Notes: a model not told the origin generated them from the letters alone. Numbered from the stretch's first letter, positions 19,833-29,105 are shown. The stretch: 64,000 bases of DNA from Elusimicrobiota bacterium (GCA_035533295.1 DATLUA010000002.1:11323-75322), one strand, 5' to 3'. Program-made: numbers and translations.

Positions 19833-21269
19833 CTACCGTCTGTCCTTGATAATGTTCATCTTCCGGAAAAATCCGCTTCTGTGCTTGCGCTCGAACTCCT
19901 CGGGGCTCATGGATTCAAGGAGCCCCAGGTTGTTGCGGGCCACCTCATAATCCGGGTTTAACTTCAAGGCGGCCTTCAGCATGGCCAGGGCCTCCTCGCG
20001 ATTTCCCGACATTACGTAAGCCGTGGCCATGTTGCCCAAGACCCGATACGCCTCCGGGTGGTCCTTGACCATGGGATAGACTTTTTGGAGAAGATCGAGA
20101 GCGGTCTGAGTCTGCCCAGCCTTGAGATGATCCGTGGCCTGGTTGACCAAGCCCATCGCCTGAGACTCCGCTTCCCCTGCGGCCATTGGCGTCACTTGAA
20201 TCTCGTAGCCAACTTCCTGTTGAGGGTTCCCAAGAGCACGGCGCTCCTCTAGAATGGCTTGCCGAGGGCTCTTGCCGCCCAGTTCCTTCTGCGGCGCGGC
20301 AAGCCACTCACGCGTGATCTCACGCGCCTTGGAAGTAAAATCACCGCTTTCCATTTCTTCATTAGTGAGGCGGCCCATGACGAATCGCTGCAGGTCCGCG
20401 AGGAGCGAGCGTTCCTTGGGTCCGGGCTTGGGTGTGTCTTCGGCCAGCGTTAGATTCCACATGGCTTGAAGAAGGGGAGCGACTTCCTTGGCCGCCTCCG
20501 CGGATGGGGCCTTGCCGAGGACGACCTTAGAAAGCGGATGCTCCTTGGCGGCCTTCTTATGGGCCGCGAGGATGTCTTCCTCGATCTGAGCGACAGTGAT
20601 ATCCGCCACGCGCCAGCGTTGCAGGAGCGAAGCGAGCCGCGCGCGGACGCGGTGCAGGCCCTCCTTCTCCCATTCCACCGGAGGGACGAACAATCCAAGG
20701 ACGAACCGGTGGCTGATGGGTTCGTCCTTAAGTGCTTCGCCGCGAGACTGCATGAGACGCTCCATGTGGTAGCCGGCCTCGTCAGGAAGCCGCGCGACAA
20801 AACTTGACAACGCCCAGTGGTCCTGAAAGCGGAAGAGCCGGGCAATCAGGAACTGACCCTCCCTTCCATCCTCCGATCCCTTCGCGTCGAGGACACGACA
20901 GGTTTCCCCGCGCGGGATGGGCGTCAAGTCCAGCCACTCGCCCGCCTTGCGCGCGGTCAGTTTGAATATGCCGAAGCGACTGTCTTCTTTGAAGCCTTGA
21001 TAGGCGGCCGCCTCGGTCTTGTCGAAGCGTCGCTGGTTGGTCTTGATGAATAGATCGAGAGGAGTCAAGCCGCACCGCGTGAGCCGGCGCTCAAGGAGGA
21101 ACCAATCCTTAAACAGCGCGCCGATCAGATCGCGGCCGTCTTTTGGAATACGGCTCGGGCTGATGAAGAACTCCTCCATGGCCTCCGGCTCCTCGACCGC
21201 GACCATGCCCTCGCGTTGAGCCCAGCCCGTGAATTTATTGAAGTACTTATGCGCCTTGGACTGCGTCAT
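19833..21269 (-). CDS. Hypothetical protein with C-terminal TPR repeats
   Basis: 478-aa ORF. The C-terminal 100 aa show TPR-like A..Y..LG / ALKLNPDY motifs; no other recognised domain. Confidence 0.55.
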   Translation of the reverse strand: MTQSKAHKYFNKFTGWAQREGMVAVEEPEAMEEFFISPSRIPKDGRDLIGALFKDWFLLERRLTRCGLTPLDLFIKTNQRRFDKTEAAAYQGFKEDSRFGIFKLTARKAGEWLDLTPIPRGETCRVLDAKGSEDGREGQFLIARLFRFQDHWALSSFVARLPDEAGYHMERLMQSRGEALKDEPISHRFVLGLFVPPVEWEKEGLHRVRARLASLLQRWRVADITVAQIEEDILAAHKKAAKEHPLSKVVLGKAPSAEAAKEVAPLLQAMWNLTLAEDTPKPGPKERSLLADLQRFVMGRLTNEEMESGDFTSKAREITREWLAAPQKELGGKSPRQAILEERRALGNPQQEVGYEIQVTPMAAGEAESQAMGLVNQATDHLKAGQTQTALDLLQKVYPMVKDHPEAYRVLGNMATAYVMSGNREEALAMLKAALKLNPDYEVARNNLGLLESMSPEEFERKHRSGFFRKMNIIKDRR

Positions 21270-21286
21270 GTCCTGCTTCCCATGGC

Positions 21287-22363
21287 CTATGCCTTGCCGC
21301 GTTTTTTTCGCGGACCGGGACGTTTCTTGCGCTCGGTCTCCAGCGCTTTGGCCGATGTCCGGAGATCCTCAAGATACCGGGCCGCGGCAGAGGCCTCCGC
21401 TTCCAGCCGCCGGCGCTCGGCGAAGGCGTCGTATTGCTCGTTGGCCCAGGAAAGCACCTCTTCATGGGTCACTTTGCCGGAATCGGGAAGCACCGGCAGC
21501 TCCGTCTGCTGGAGAAACTGGTCCAGGAACGCGGTCCAGTCCCGCATCTGGATGTCCTGGCGGCGCTGGGCCCGGAACTCGGCCTGATCCAGGAACATGA
21601 CCACGATCCGGTTGAGCGTGTCGATTTCCTTCTCCGTCAGATAGTTCTTCGCCGTCGCCACGTCGCGCTTGAGCACCCGGCTGCCGCTCCAAGATGTCAG
21701 GCCCATGTTGGCTTTGCCGGCGTCGGCTCTCCTGCGGACGATCTCGGCAGCGGTCATGCCGGCCGCCGCGTAGTGCATCTTGTTCTGCATCGCGGCGAAG
21801 AAGGCCTGCGTCTCCTCCTGCCCCTCGACGTAGTCCATGGCCATGGCGAATATCTCCCGGATGCGCTGATAAACGCGGGCTTCGCTGGCCCGTATCTCGC
21901 GGATGCGGACCAGCAGTTCGTCAAAATAGTCGGCCAGCCTATCGTGGCCCTTGAGACGCTCGTCATCCAAGGTGAAGCCCTTGATGAGGTACTCCCGCAG
22001 CCGTTCGGTCGCCCATTGCCGGAACTGCACCCCGCGCGGCGAGCGGACCCGATAGCCGACGGCTAGGATCATGTCCAGGTTATAGAGCTTGATTTGGCGC
22101 CGGACGGCGCGCCCGCCTTCCTGGCGAACTTGTAAGTGTTCCTTACAAGTTGCCGCCTCCGACAGCTCGCCGTCCTTGTAGATTTCTCCGATGTGGATGG
22201 TGACGTTCTGCGGCGTCGTTTGGAACAGCTCCGCCATGAGCGCCTGGGACAGCCAAACCGTGCCGCCCTCCAGCCTGACCTGGATATGGCTCTGCCCATC
22301 CTCGGCCTGGTAGATGATGATTTCCGACTTGGCCGGTTTCTCCGGCGAGTTTTCCGTCATCAT
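21287..22363 (-). CDS. RhuM-family protein (virulence-associated / mobile-element-associated)
   Basis: IIIYQAEDGQSHIQVRLEGGTVWLSQALMAELFQTT..YNLDMILAVGYRVRSPRGVQFRQWATERLREYLIKGF matches the RhuM family closely. The start was set at MMTEN, with ATGA overlap to the upstream stop. Confidence 0.8.
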   Translation of the reverse strand: MMTENSPEKPAKSEIIIYQAEDGQSHIQVRLEGGTVWLSQALMAELFQTTPQNVTIHIGEIYKDGELSEAATCKEHLQVRQEGGRAVRRQIKLYNLDMILAVGYRVRSPRGVQFRQWATERLREYLIKGFTLDDERLKGHDRLADYFDELLVRIREIRASEARVYQRIREIFAMAMDYVEGQEETQAFFAAMQNKMHYAAAGMTAAEIVRRRADAGKANMGLTSWSGSRVLKRDVATAKNYLTEKEIDTLNRIVVMFLDQAEFRAQRRQDIQMRDWTAFLDQFLQQTELPVLPDSGKVTHEEVLSWANEQYDAFAERRRLEAEASAAARYLEDLRTSAKALETERKKRPGPRKKRGKA

Positions 22364-22980
22364 TTTTTGCGGCCAAGGGCCTTGTTGGCCGCGGCCAGAT
22401 CGAAGGCCTTCGGGTCGTAATCCCCGCCGACCCAATCGACCATCTCGTCGTGCTGCTCGTGCTTGGGATCGCGCAGCGCGGCGAGCAAATCCTCGCAGCC
22501 GCCGATGCCGCCGCAGTCCTCCGGGGGGCAAGCCCCTGCGCCGGCCAAACATTCGGGCCCTTTGAATGCGCCCGTGGCCGGCGTGATGGACTCCACCTTG
22601 ATTTCATGGCCCCAGCTGTCGCCCATGTCGTACTCGTAGAAAAACTTCGCGCCAGTTTTGCGCGCAATGTCCCAAAGCACGAACTTCCGCTCGTCCTCGA
22701 CGTCGTCCCAGTCCGGCGTCCGAGGGGCGATGCGCGTCTTGCCGACATGGAACATGTGCAGATGGCAATCGCTCCAGCCCATGGCGTACTGGATGACCCG
22801 ATGGAGGCTGCCCAGGCTCGCGTCTCCCGGCACGAGGACCCGCCGCCAGACCGGCGGCTCCAGGCCGACGAGAGTGATCTTGAGCTGGTAGACCTTGGCC
22901 GCGGCCTGGTCCAGCTCTTTTTTGACCTCATTGGGGACCCAGCCCCTATTCTTAAGTTGGTCAAGAGACTTTGTATTCAT
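22360..22980 (-). CDS. Plasmid pRiA4b ORF-3-like family protein
   Basis: VYQLKITLVGLEPPVWRRVLVPGDASLGSLHRVIQYAMGWSDCHLHMF..YDMGDSWGHEIKVE signature. Confidence 0.7.
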   Translation of the reverse strand: MNTKSLDQLKNRGWVPNEVKKELDQAAAKVYQLKITLVGLEPPVWRRVLVPGDASLGSLHRVIQYAMGWSDCHLHMFHVGKTRIAPRTPDWDDVEDERKFVLWDIARKTGAKFFYEYDMGDSWGHEIKVESITPATGAFKGPECLAGAGACPPEDCGGIGGCEDLLAALRDPKHEQHDEMVDWVGGDYDPKAFDLAAANKALGRKK

Positions 22981-22996
22981 AGGCTGGATTCTCCAC

Positions 22997-23083
22997 CCAA
23001 AAACCGAAACGGCGCGTTTTATCGCACCATTTCGGCTTTTGGAACGCCGGGTTCAACAATTAAGAGCTGGCGGGGCCGAGGGA
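22997..23083. repeat. Direct repeat copy A (about 85% identical to 25425..25515): partial tRNA-Asp 3' end (about 17 nt) plus degenerate terminator hairpin; att-like island boundary
   Basis: 42-nt exact core ccgaaacggcgcgttttatcgcaccatttcggcttttggaac shared with copy B; a tggcggggYcgaSgg tail matches the tRNA-Asp 3' end. Confidence 0.75.
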
Positions 23084-23348
23084 ATCGATTTACCGACGGC
23101 CTAAATCCCGCCCCTGTTCCAGCGCCAGAAAAAGCATATATTTTCCAAGCTTTCGCGCTCAACTGGTCCGTGACGTGGGGCTGCATCATGAACGGGGAGC
23201 GCGTGGTGTTGGAGACTGCCCCTTCGCCGGACCGAAAAACCATGGACTTCGACATCCCGGAGTTCAAATGCCGTCGTGCTATCGAAAGAACGGCGGGAGC
23301 AATACCAATAAGTCTCTGCCCTGACGGGGCGGCGCTCGGAGAATTTCT

Positions 23349-23690
23349 CTAAGCGGCAGCCAGCCGTTGAATGAGCGGCAAGGCCTGTTTGGCTTTGCTT
23401 TCGGCGATGCAGAACGGGACGAACTTCAGACCGAGAGCTTCCGCCATCTTCGCCACGCGATCCATGGACGCGGCCCGTAAGCCGCCGCCTTTAAGATCGC
23501 GGGATATCGCGCTCTTTTGAGTTCCCATGGCCTTCGCGAGGTCGGAGTAACTCCAATGCTTTTTTTCCAAGGCGTTGAGCATCTGGACTTCCAGCTTGAA
23601 GAGCTCGTAGCTCTCCTCATGACGCTTGCGGTAGGCGGGGTCCTCCATTTTCCGCGCCAAGAGCCCCTTGGCTTTCCCTTTAGTTTTCAT
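23349..23690 (-). CDS. XRE-type HTH antitoxin (HigA-like)
   Basis: ..WSYSDLAKAMGTQKSAISRDLKGGG..ASMDRVAKMAEALGLKF HTH. Lies downstream of the toxin gene and overlaps it by 11 nt. Confidence 0.6.
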   Translation of the reverse strand: MKTKGKAKGLLARKMEDPAYRKRHEESYELFKLEVQMLNALEKKHWSYSDLAKAMGTQKSAISRDLKGGGLRAASMDRVAKMAEALGLKFVPFCIAESKAKQALPLIQRLAAA

Positions 23691-24102
23691 AGTAGGTTCC
23701 CTCCTGGACGCGCTTCAAATAGTCGTGCCTATAACGCACCGCGACTTTCAAATGCTCCAAATCGGCCTTGGTCATCTGTTGAGAATGCTTGTGATAGGCG
23801 TTGGTGATGATCACCTTGGCCCCGGCCGTCGTGAAGTTGAAAAATCTCTCGTCCCGCGGCTTCAGCGCATAAATCTTGTTGGGGCGGTCCTCGATCCGGT
23901 AAAGCGTTTTCGGAAGCAAGGAGCCCGGCTTCGTTTCGCACAAGTATTGGATCATGTCGTCGAACCGGTCCTGGTCCATTTCGGCCAATCCAGCGTAATA
24001 TTCCCGAGCCGGCATTTTGCTCTCTATCGTGTAGAACCACTCCGCCGTCAAATAACGCCCCGGATGGATCAGGACGTCATCGTAGTCGGGATATTTGGCC
24101 AT
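23680..24102 (-). CDS. HigB/Gp49-like RelE-superfamily toxin (COG4679-like)
   Basis: ..LYRIEDRPNKIYALKPRDERFFNFTTAGAKVIITNAYHKHSQQMTKADLEHLKVA resembles the ..LLhgF.KKtqkTP..EI..A C-terminal signature. The start was set at MAKYPDYDD. Confidence 0.55.
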   Translation of the reverse strand: MAKYPDYDDVLIHPGRYLTAEWFYTIESKMPAREYYAGLAEMDQDRFDDMIQYLCETKPGSLLPKTLYRIEDRPNKIYALKPRDERFFNFTTAGAKVIITNAYHKHSQQMTKADLEHLKVAVRYRHDYLKRVQEGTYYEN

Positions 24103-24270
24103 TTCCGCTACTCGTAAGTTAACATATAAGTGAACGACTGTCAAGAGCCAACCGTTGCCCCAGAAAATCAACCTTGTCCACGACGTCCAGGGGCGGCGAA
24201 AGGCTAGGAAGGCCGCCGGTCGCGTTTTTGATGGGCGTACTTGGGATGAGAGGCCCCAGTTGGATTCGGC

Positions 24271-24951
24271 CTAACCATTCAAATCCAAGGCAGGTTTTAA
24301 GTTCCCCACCCGGAGATCGTTTAGAGCGCCCATGCGTTGTTTATGATCCTCCGCACTGAGAAAATCTTCTCTTAGAAGTAGGCGCAGAAAGTCTTCTACA
24401 GGGGTATCGTTCTTCCTGTTGTTGCATTGGCGGCAGGCCGCCACGACGTTTTTATAGCTGTTATTGCCTTCGGGTCTTGAAACTACATGTTCGATGACGT
24501 AGTTTTGAGGATTCAGCTTCCTAAGACAGTAGAAGCACTGATCATTTTCACGACTCAAAATAGCCTGACGATTTTGCGGGAGAAAAAAATCTATTTCCTC
24601 CAATACCGGTGGATTGCTTGCCGGCGATTTCGCCAGGATAACACCAGGTATTTCTGCGGGCAGCTTTAATCGAATTTTTCTTCCTTCGCGGGTTGAATCC
24701 AGAATTTCTATACAGCCCTTGGATTGCAGGGATTGCAGTTTTTCATAAGCAGTACTCTCAGACATTGGCTTGCCCTTTTCGCCAATTCCGCATGCCATAC
24801 GTTTTCTGGCCGATTTGAATCCGATTACAACTTCATCCAGACCAATCAGGCAGCTATGACGAAATATGTACAGATAAATTGCCTGCTCATAGGTGTCGAG
24901 CCTGGGGGCCAGAAAATCCTGAAACTCCTCAAGTATCTTTTTCAGTTCCAT
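24271..24951 (-). CDS. HNH endonuclease
   Basis: CFYCLRKL..NYVIEHVVSRPEGNNSYKNVVAACRQCNNRKNDTP HNH motif. It sits in markedly lower-GC DNA. Confidence 0.75.
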   Translation of the reverse strand: MELKKILEEFQDFLAPRLDTYEQAIYLYIFRHSCLIGLDEVVIGFKSARKRMACGIGEKGKPMSESTAYEKLQSLQSKGCIEILDSTREGRKIRLKLPAEIPGVILAKSPASNPPVLEEIDFFLPQNRQAILSRENDQCFYCLRKLNPQNYVIEHVVSRPEGNNSYKNVVAACRQCNNRKNDTPVEDFLRLLLREDFLSAEDHKQRMGALNDLRVGNLKPALDLNG

Positions 24952-25072
24952 CCGTTAATGATAACATTTTATAAAACTTCCCTTAGAAGGTCGAACGCTC
25001 GACGGATCGCTTCTTAATTCCGCTTGATGTCTTGCCTGAGAGAAGGTAATTCCTCTATAAAGGAGGTGAAAC

Positions 25073-25366
25073 ATGGGCACGCGAAAAATTGCGATCAGCC
25101 TCGATATTCCTATCTGTTGGAATCTGATCGCCAACGGCGAGAGGATCATCGAGCAAGCGGGACCGGACTCGGTCGACGTCGAGGTTCGCGAAGGTTCCAT
25201 CGACGGCGAGTCATGGCTTCAAGCGCTGTCGCGGCTATTGGATGAAGCGGAGGCGGAACTACGTCGCGTCGGGCGTCGCAGGCGTCGAGCAGTAGCAGAT
25301 TTCGATTCCCGTCGTTCACTCAACCGACGGCATCAAAAAACCACCGTGAAGCGAACAGGGCAGTAG
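25073..25366 (+). CDS. Hypothetical small protein (97 aa)
   Basis: Strong RBS AAGGAGGTG 5 nt upstream of the ATG (aaggaggtgaaacATG). No recognisable domain. Confidence 0.4.
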   Translation: MGTRKIAISLDIPICWNLIANGERIIEQAGPDSVDVEVREGSIDGESWLQALSRLLDEAEAELRRVGRRRRRAVADFDSRRSLNRRHQKTTVKRTGQ

Positions 25367-25424
25367 AGTAGACGAAAAACTGGGTTCGAATCGACATGCG
25401 CCGCGAAAATCACCGTCGTAGATG

Positions 25425-25515
25425 CCAAAAAAGCCGAAACGGCGCGTTTTATCGCACCATTTCGGCTTTTGGAACAACGGATTAAACTTATAAGAGCTGG
25501 CGGGGTCGACGGGAT
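25425..25515. repeat. Direct repeat copy B: tRNA-Asp 3' end plus its rho-independent terminator (AAAAGCCGAAA..TTTCGGCTTTTTT read on the minus strand)
   Basis: See copy A. On the minus strand the hairpin is followed by a T-run immediately downstream of the tRNA. Confidence 0.75.
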
Positions 25516-25575
25516 TTGAACCCGCGATCTCTGCCTTGACAGGGCAGCGTGTTAGGCCAGCTACACCACGACCCC
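25498..25575 (-). tRNA. tRNA-Asp (anticodon GTC), CCA encoded
   Basis: Reverse complement GGGGTCGTGGTGTAGCTGGCCTAACACGCTGCCCTGTCAAGGCAGAGATCGCGGGTTCAAATCCCGTCGACCCCGCCA folds with anticodon loop CTGTCAA. Confidence 0.85.
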
Positions 25576-25620
25576 AAAATTCGGGAAGCGCGCTATTCTA
25601 ACATTTTTCCTTTTTGATTG

Positions 25621-27144
25621 TCAGCGCGCGCCAGCCCCGCCCGGCGCCGCGAGGTATATTTTTCCATCCGGCTCCCGCACCAGAATCGGGGCGTAGAGCC
25701 CCAGGAGTTTTCGGTTCCACCAAGCGCCGGTTTTCCTCTTTTCGGCGGGCGACGAGAACCAGTAGCGCCAGACGACGGCGCGCACCGCGATCGGCGGCCC
25801 ATCCGCGAACGGATTGGCCTTAAAAAGATACAGCACGTCTTCATCCTGCTCCAGCAAGGCCTTTTCCACGCGCAGGACCCACGAGTATTGGCGCCAGCTT
25901 CCCAGCGAGGCAAACCACAAGTTCCAATCGAAGCGCGGCTGATAAGGAGCGTAAAGCCCCGGCGGTGTATTCACGTTCTGCGGCTTGTAGCGGAAGGGGT
26001 AGGGAGTCCAAGTCTTGCCGTCGCGCGCGCCTTGGAACTCGATTTCGTAGCGGGCCGTGGTCATCACCGCGAAAAGCCCGTAAGAATTGGCCACGCGCAG
26101 CGGCCCCAAGGCCTCGGCGGGCACAAGCGCCCAGGAGGGCAGGCGCGGAGCCAAAAGAGGAAACAAGACCAGCGTCGCGTAGAAAATCCAGGCCTGGGCA
26201 AAGCGCTTCAAGACCATCCCGGAACGCGCGTTCCATCCCGGCTCCGCCGCCGACTCGCCCGTCTTGGCCGCGCGCCACCCCAAGGACTTGAAGAACTGGT
26301 CATCCAAAAGCAGCACGCTCAACGAAAGCAGCATATAATTAAGGAAGGTGTAGTTGGCCGTCAGAAGGATGCCGACCTGGAACGCCGCCGTGACAAAAAA
26401 GCAGGCCAGCCGCAAGGGTCGGCCCAGAAAGGCGGCCCACACGAATACGTTTTCCATGATCAGCGTGGCCAGCGCCGTCCCTTCGTGAAAGCGGCGCGGC
26501 AGATACTGCTGGGCGTAATAGCCGATCCACGTGGGCAGCGGGCCGTTCTCGTAGTAATGCTCCATCGCGGTCAGGCGCCGCCACTGCGGATCGCCGGAGG
26601 CGAGCTTGGCCACGCCGGACTCGAAGTAAATGCGGAACCACTCCCACACGAGCAGAAACCGGCCGACCCCGTCGGGCGGATCGTTTTCCCCCAAGCCGGG
26701 CAGGAATCCCGCCGGAGCGAAAAGGAAGGACAGCAGACCCGCCTCCAGAAGCATGCCGTCCGATTGATAGGAGGAAAAATCGCCCGCGGCCGTGGCCAGC
26801 GACATATACATAACCTCGCAGACCAGCAGCATGGCCCTGGGCCAGACGTTCAAAAAAAGCAGCAGCGAAGCGGCAAGCCCGCAGCCGACCAGCACGGTCA
26901 AGGCCGCGTTGCCGCTGCCGATCCAAAGCAGGGACGGAACCTCCCAAATCCCGCGCCAGCCCGCATGCGATGCGGCCACGGCGCGCAGAAGCTCCTGCGC
27001 CGGCAGAATGCCGCGCGGACCCATCAAGCCCCGGACTTGAAACGCCCAAGAATAGAACGCCGAGAAGAAAATCGCCCCCATCGCCCGCATAAATATCCAC
27101 CGGGCGCAAAAATACGTGGCTTGGCCGCTCTTATCTTTTGACAT
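25621..27144 (-). CDS. Lipase maturation factor (LMF1-like) family polytopic membrane protein
   Basis: ..NTPPGLYAPYQPRFDWNLWFASLGSWRQYSWV..FKANPFADGPP..WRYWFSSPAEKRKTGAWWNRK matches the LMF1 C-terminal signature. Multiple N-terminal TM helices. Confidence 0.7.
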   Translation of the reverse strand: MSKDKSGQATYFCARWIFMRAMGAIFFSAFYSWAFQVRGLMGPRGILPAQELLRAVAASHAGWRGIWEVPSLLWIGSGNAALTVLVGCGLAASLLLFLNVWPRAMLLVCEVMYMSLATAAGDFSSYQSDGMLLEAGLLSFLFAPAGFLPGLGENDPPDGVGRFLLVWEWFRIYFESGVAKLASGDPQWRRLTAMEHYYENGPLPTWIGYYAQQYLPRRFHEGTALATLIMENVFVWAAFLGRPLRLACFFVTAAFQVGILLTANYTFLNYMLLSLSVLLLDDQFFKSLGWRAAKTGESAAEPGWNARSGMVLKRFAQAWIFYATLVLFPLLAPRLPSWALVPAEALGPLRVANSYGLFAVMTTARYEIEFQGARDGKTWTPYPFRYKPQNVNTPPGLYAPYQPRFDWNLWFASLGSWRQYSWVLRVEKALLEQDEDVLYLFKANPFADGPPIAVRAVVWRYWFSSPAEKRKTGAWWNRKLLGLYAPILVREPDGKIYLAAPGGAGAR

Positions 27145-27194
27145 CCTCGGGGTAAAATATATGCAATAAATCACGCTCGGCCAAGAGCGCCACC

Positions 27195-28346
27195 ATGCAC
27201 CTCCTAATCTCCGCCCTTTTCATCTGGACGCTCTTCCTGATTGCCGCTCTTTGGGCCTGCGTGGCGGCGACCTGGGCCTATTTCCGCCTCTCGCCCACGC
27301 CCCCGCTGGAAGCGGAGTTGCTGCCCATGACCGTCATCAAGCCCGTGCGCGGATTGGACGACGCCATGCTTCCCGGCTTGGAAGCTCTCGTGCGCGCTGA
27401 CCCGGACGGCCATCTGCAAATCCTCATCGCGATGGAAAGCGCCGAGGACCCCGCCTACGCCGCGTGCCGGAAGTTCGCCGCTGATTACCCGAAGCGGGAC
27501 ATCGGCATCATCATCTCCGGCCCGGCCCGAGGGCGCATGGGAAAAATCCACAACATGATTTCGGCCTTGCCCCGCGCCAAGCATCCTCGGATCATTTTCT
27601 CCGACGCCGACACCATCGCTCTGCCGGAAGTCCTGGCGGAGACAAGTTGCGCGTTCGGCCGGGGCTTCGACGCGATTTATGCGATCCCCTGCCACTTAAA
27701 GACGGACAACCTGAGCGGCTACCTGATGCAAATCGCCTTCGGGCACGGCTTTAGCGTAGCCGTGGCCCTGGGCTACCACCTTAAACGCTTTCACTTCTAC
27801 GCCGGAGCCTGGATGGCCTACACCAAGGACCTGATCGGCAAAATCGGCGGACTCGAACCCTTCGCCCACGTCATCGCGGACGACTACGCCTTGGGCGCCG
27901 CGGCGTCCAAGGCCGGCAGCCGCAAATATCTTTTGCATACGCGCATCGGCGTGCTGGAAAGCGACCGCACGCTCAAGGAATCCCTGCGCCACCTAGCCAA
28001 GTGGTCCGCCATCATCCGCAGCTGCCTGCCCGGCGTCTACGCGCTCTTGCCTCTCTTTGACGGCATGCTGGCCGCCGCCGCGGTCTTGGCGCTCGATATT
28101 TTTTCAAAACGCCCGACGGCGCCGGCGCTGTGTCTCCTCGCCGCAACGGCGGGCTCGCGGGCCCTGGCCGGCGTCATCCAGGATATTGCCCTACGCGAGA
28201 GCCTCATGCCCTGGCATGCCTACGCCGGCCTGCCCCTGGCCGATTTTCTCAACATCTTCCTTTGGCCGTTCGGATTTCGCTCCAAAATTTTGTGGCGCGG
28301 CACGCGCTACCGGCTGTCCTCGGGCGGCAAGGCTGAGGTGCTTTAA
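27195..28346 (+). CDS. GT2-superfamily membrane glycosyltransferase (ceramide-glucosyltransferase-like, GT21-like)
   Basis: N-terminal TM segment, FSDADTIALP (DxD) and ILWRGTRYRL (QxxRW-like). The assignment is moderate. Confidence 0.6.
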   Translation: MHLLISALFIWTLFLIAALWACVAATWAYFRLSPTPPLEAELLPMTVIKPVRGLDDAMLPGLEALVRADPDGHLQILIAMESAEDPAYAACRKFAADYPKRDIGIIISGPARGRMGKIHNMISALPRAKHPRIIFSDADTIALPEVLAETSCAFGRGFDAIYAIPCHLKTDNLSGYLMQIAFGHGFSVAVALGYHLKRFHFYAGAWMAYTKDLIGKIGGLEPFAHVIADDYALGAAASKAGSRKYLLHTRIGVLESDRTLKESLRHLAKWSAIIRSCLPGVYALLPLFDGMLAAAAVLALDIFSKRPTAPALCLLAATAGSRALAGVIQDIALRESLMPWHAYAGLPLADFLNIFLWPFGFRSKILWRGTRYRLSSGGKAEVL

Positions 28347-28379
28347 TTTATAATCTAACCTTGAGAGGAGGTGTTTGAA

Positions 28380-29105
28380 ATGAAATTATCCAGCTTCGTC
28401 ACGGCCGTTTTCCTGAGTGCGCTCACGATCCCGGCCGCTCAAGCGCAGATGCCGACGCCGTCCCTGCCTAAGGATCTCCAGTATGCGCATTCCATCGAGT
28501 TTTCGGCCATCCAGTCCGAGATTTACCGGATGGCGTGGCCCATCGTGCGGGCGGCGGCTAAAAAGCAGAAAGGCAAGTGGGCCGTGATTCTGGACATCGA
28601 CCAGACGGTCCTGGACAACGCCGCGTTCCAGAAGATGTTGGGCGGCCGCCCTTTTTCCGAGGCGGTTTGGAAGGAGTGGACCAAGCGCGCCGACGCCGCG
28701 GCCATCCCCGGCGCCCGGGCGTTTCTCGACAGGGTCCGCGCCCTGCCGCGCGGCGAAATCGCGTTCATCACCGACCGAGGCGACGACGAGGCCGCGGCGA
28801 CGCTTGCGGATTTGCGCGCGCAGGGGCTTTTCAAGAAAGGCGACGTGCTCCTGACCAAGAAGGACAAGGACGACAACAAGGGCGTGCGCCGCGAGTGCGT
28901 GAAAAGGGCGCTCGACCCGCGCTGCAAGGCGCAGGAGCCCCGGACCGTCATCGCGCTTTTCGGCGACAGCGCGCGCGACTTCGAGGAGTTCCACGGCCTG
29001 GGCATGGAAACCACCGGCCGCCAAGACATCCTGCATCTGGCTGGAATCAAATATTTCGTGCTGCCTAATCCCATGTACGGCCAATGGGAAAACGGCTACA
29101 AGTGA
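28380..29105 (+). CDS. Secreted class C-like acid phosphatase (HAD superfamily, e(P4) 5'-nucleotidase family)
   Basis: Signal peptide MKLSSFVTAVFLSALTIPAAQA, then AVILDIDQTVLDN (the DDDD HAD motif I). RBS GAGGAGGTG. Confidence 0.75.
   Translation: MKLSSFVTAVFLSALTIPAAQAQMPTPSLPKDLQYAHSIEFSAIQSEIYRMAWPIVRAAAKKQKGKWAVILDIDQTVLDNAAFQKMLGGRPFSEAVWKEWTKRADAAAIPGARAFLDRVRALPRGEIAFITDRGDDEAAATLADLRAQGLFKKGDVLLTKKDKDDNKGVRRECVKRALDPRCKAQEPRTVIALFGDSARDFEEFHGLGMETTGRQDILHLAGIKYFVLPNPMYGQWENGYK

Noticed and set aside
22143-22964. 273-aa minus-strand ORF
   Set aside because: It is an alternative frame over the pRiA4b-ORF3-like and RhuM genes. Its product is Arg/Ser/Ala-rich and low-complexity.
25618-27141. 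507-aa plus-strand ORF
   Set aside because: It is fully antisense to the LMF-family gene, whose product has clear family motifs. Its translation is Arg/Gly/Pro-rich nonsense.
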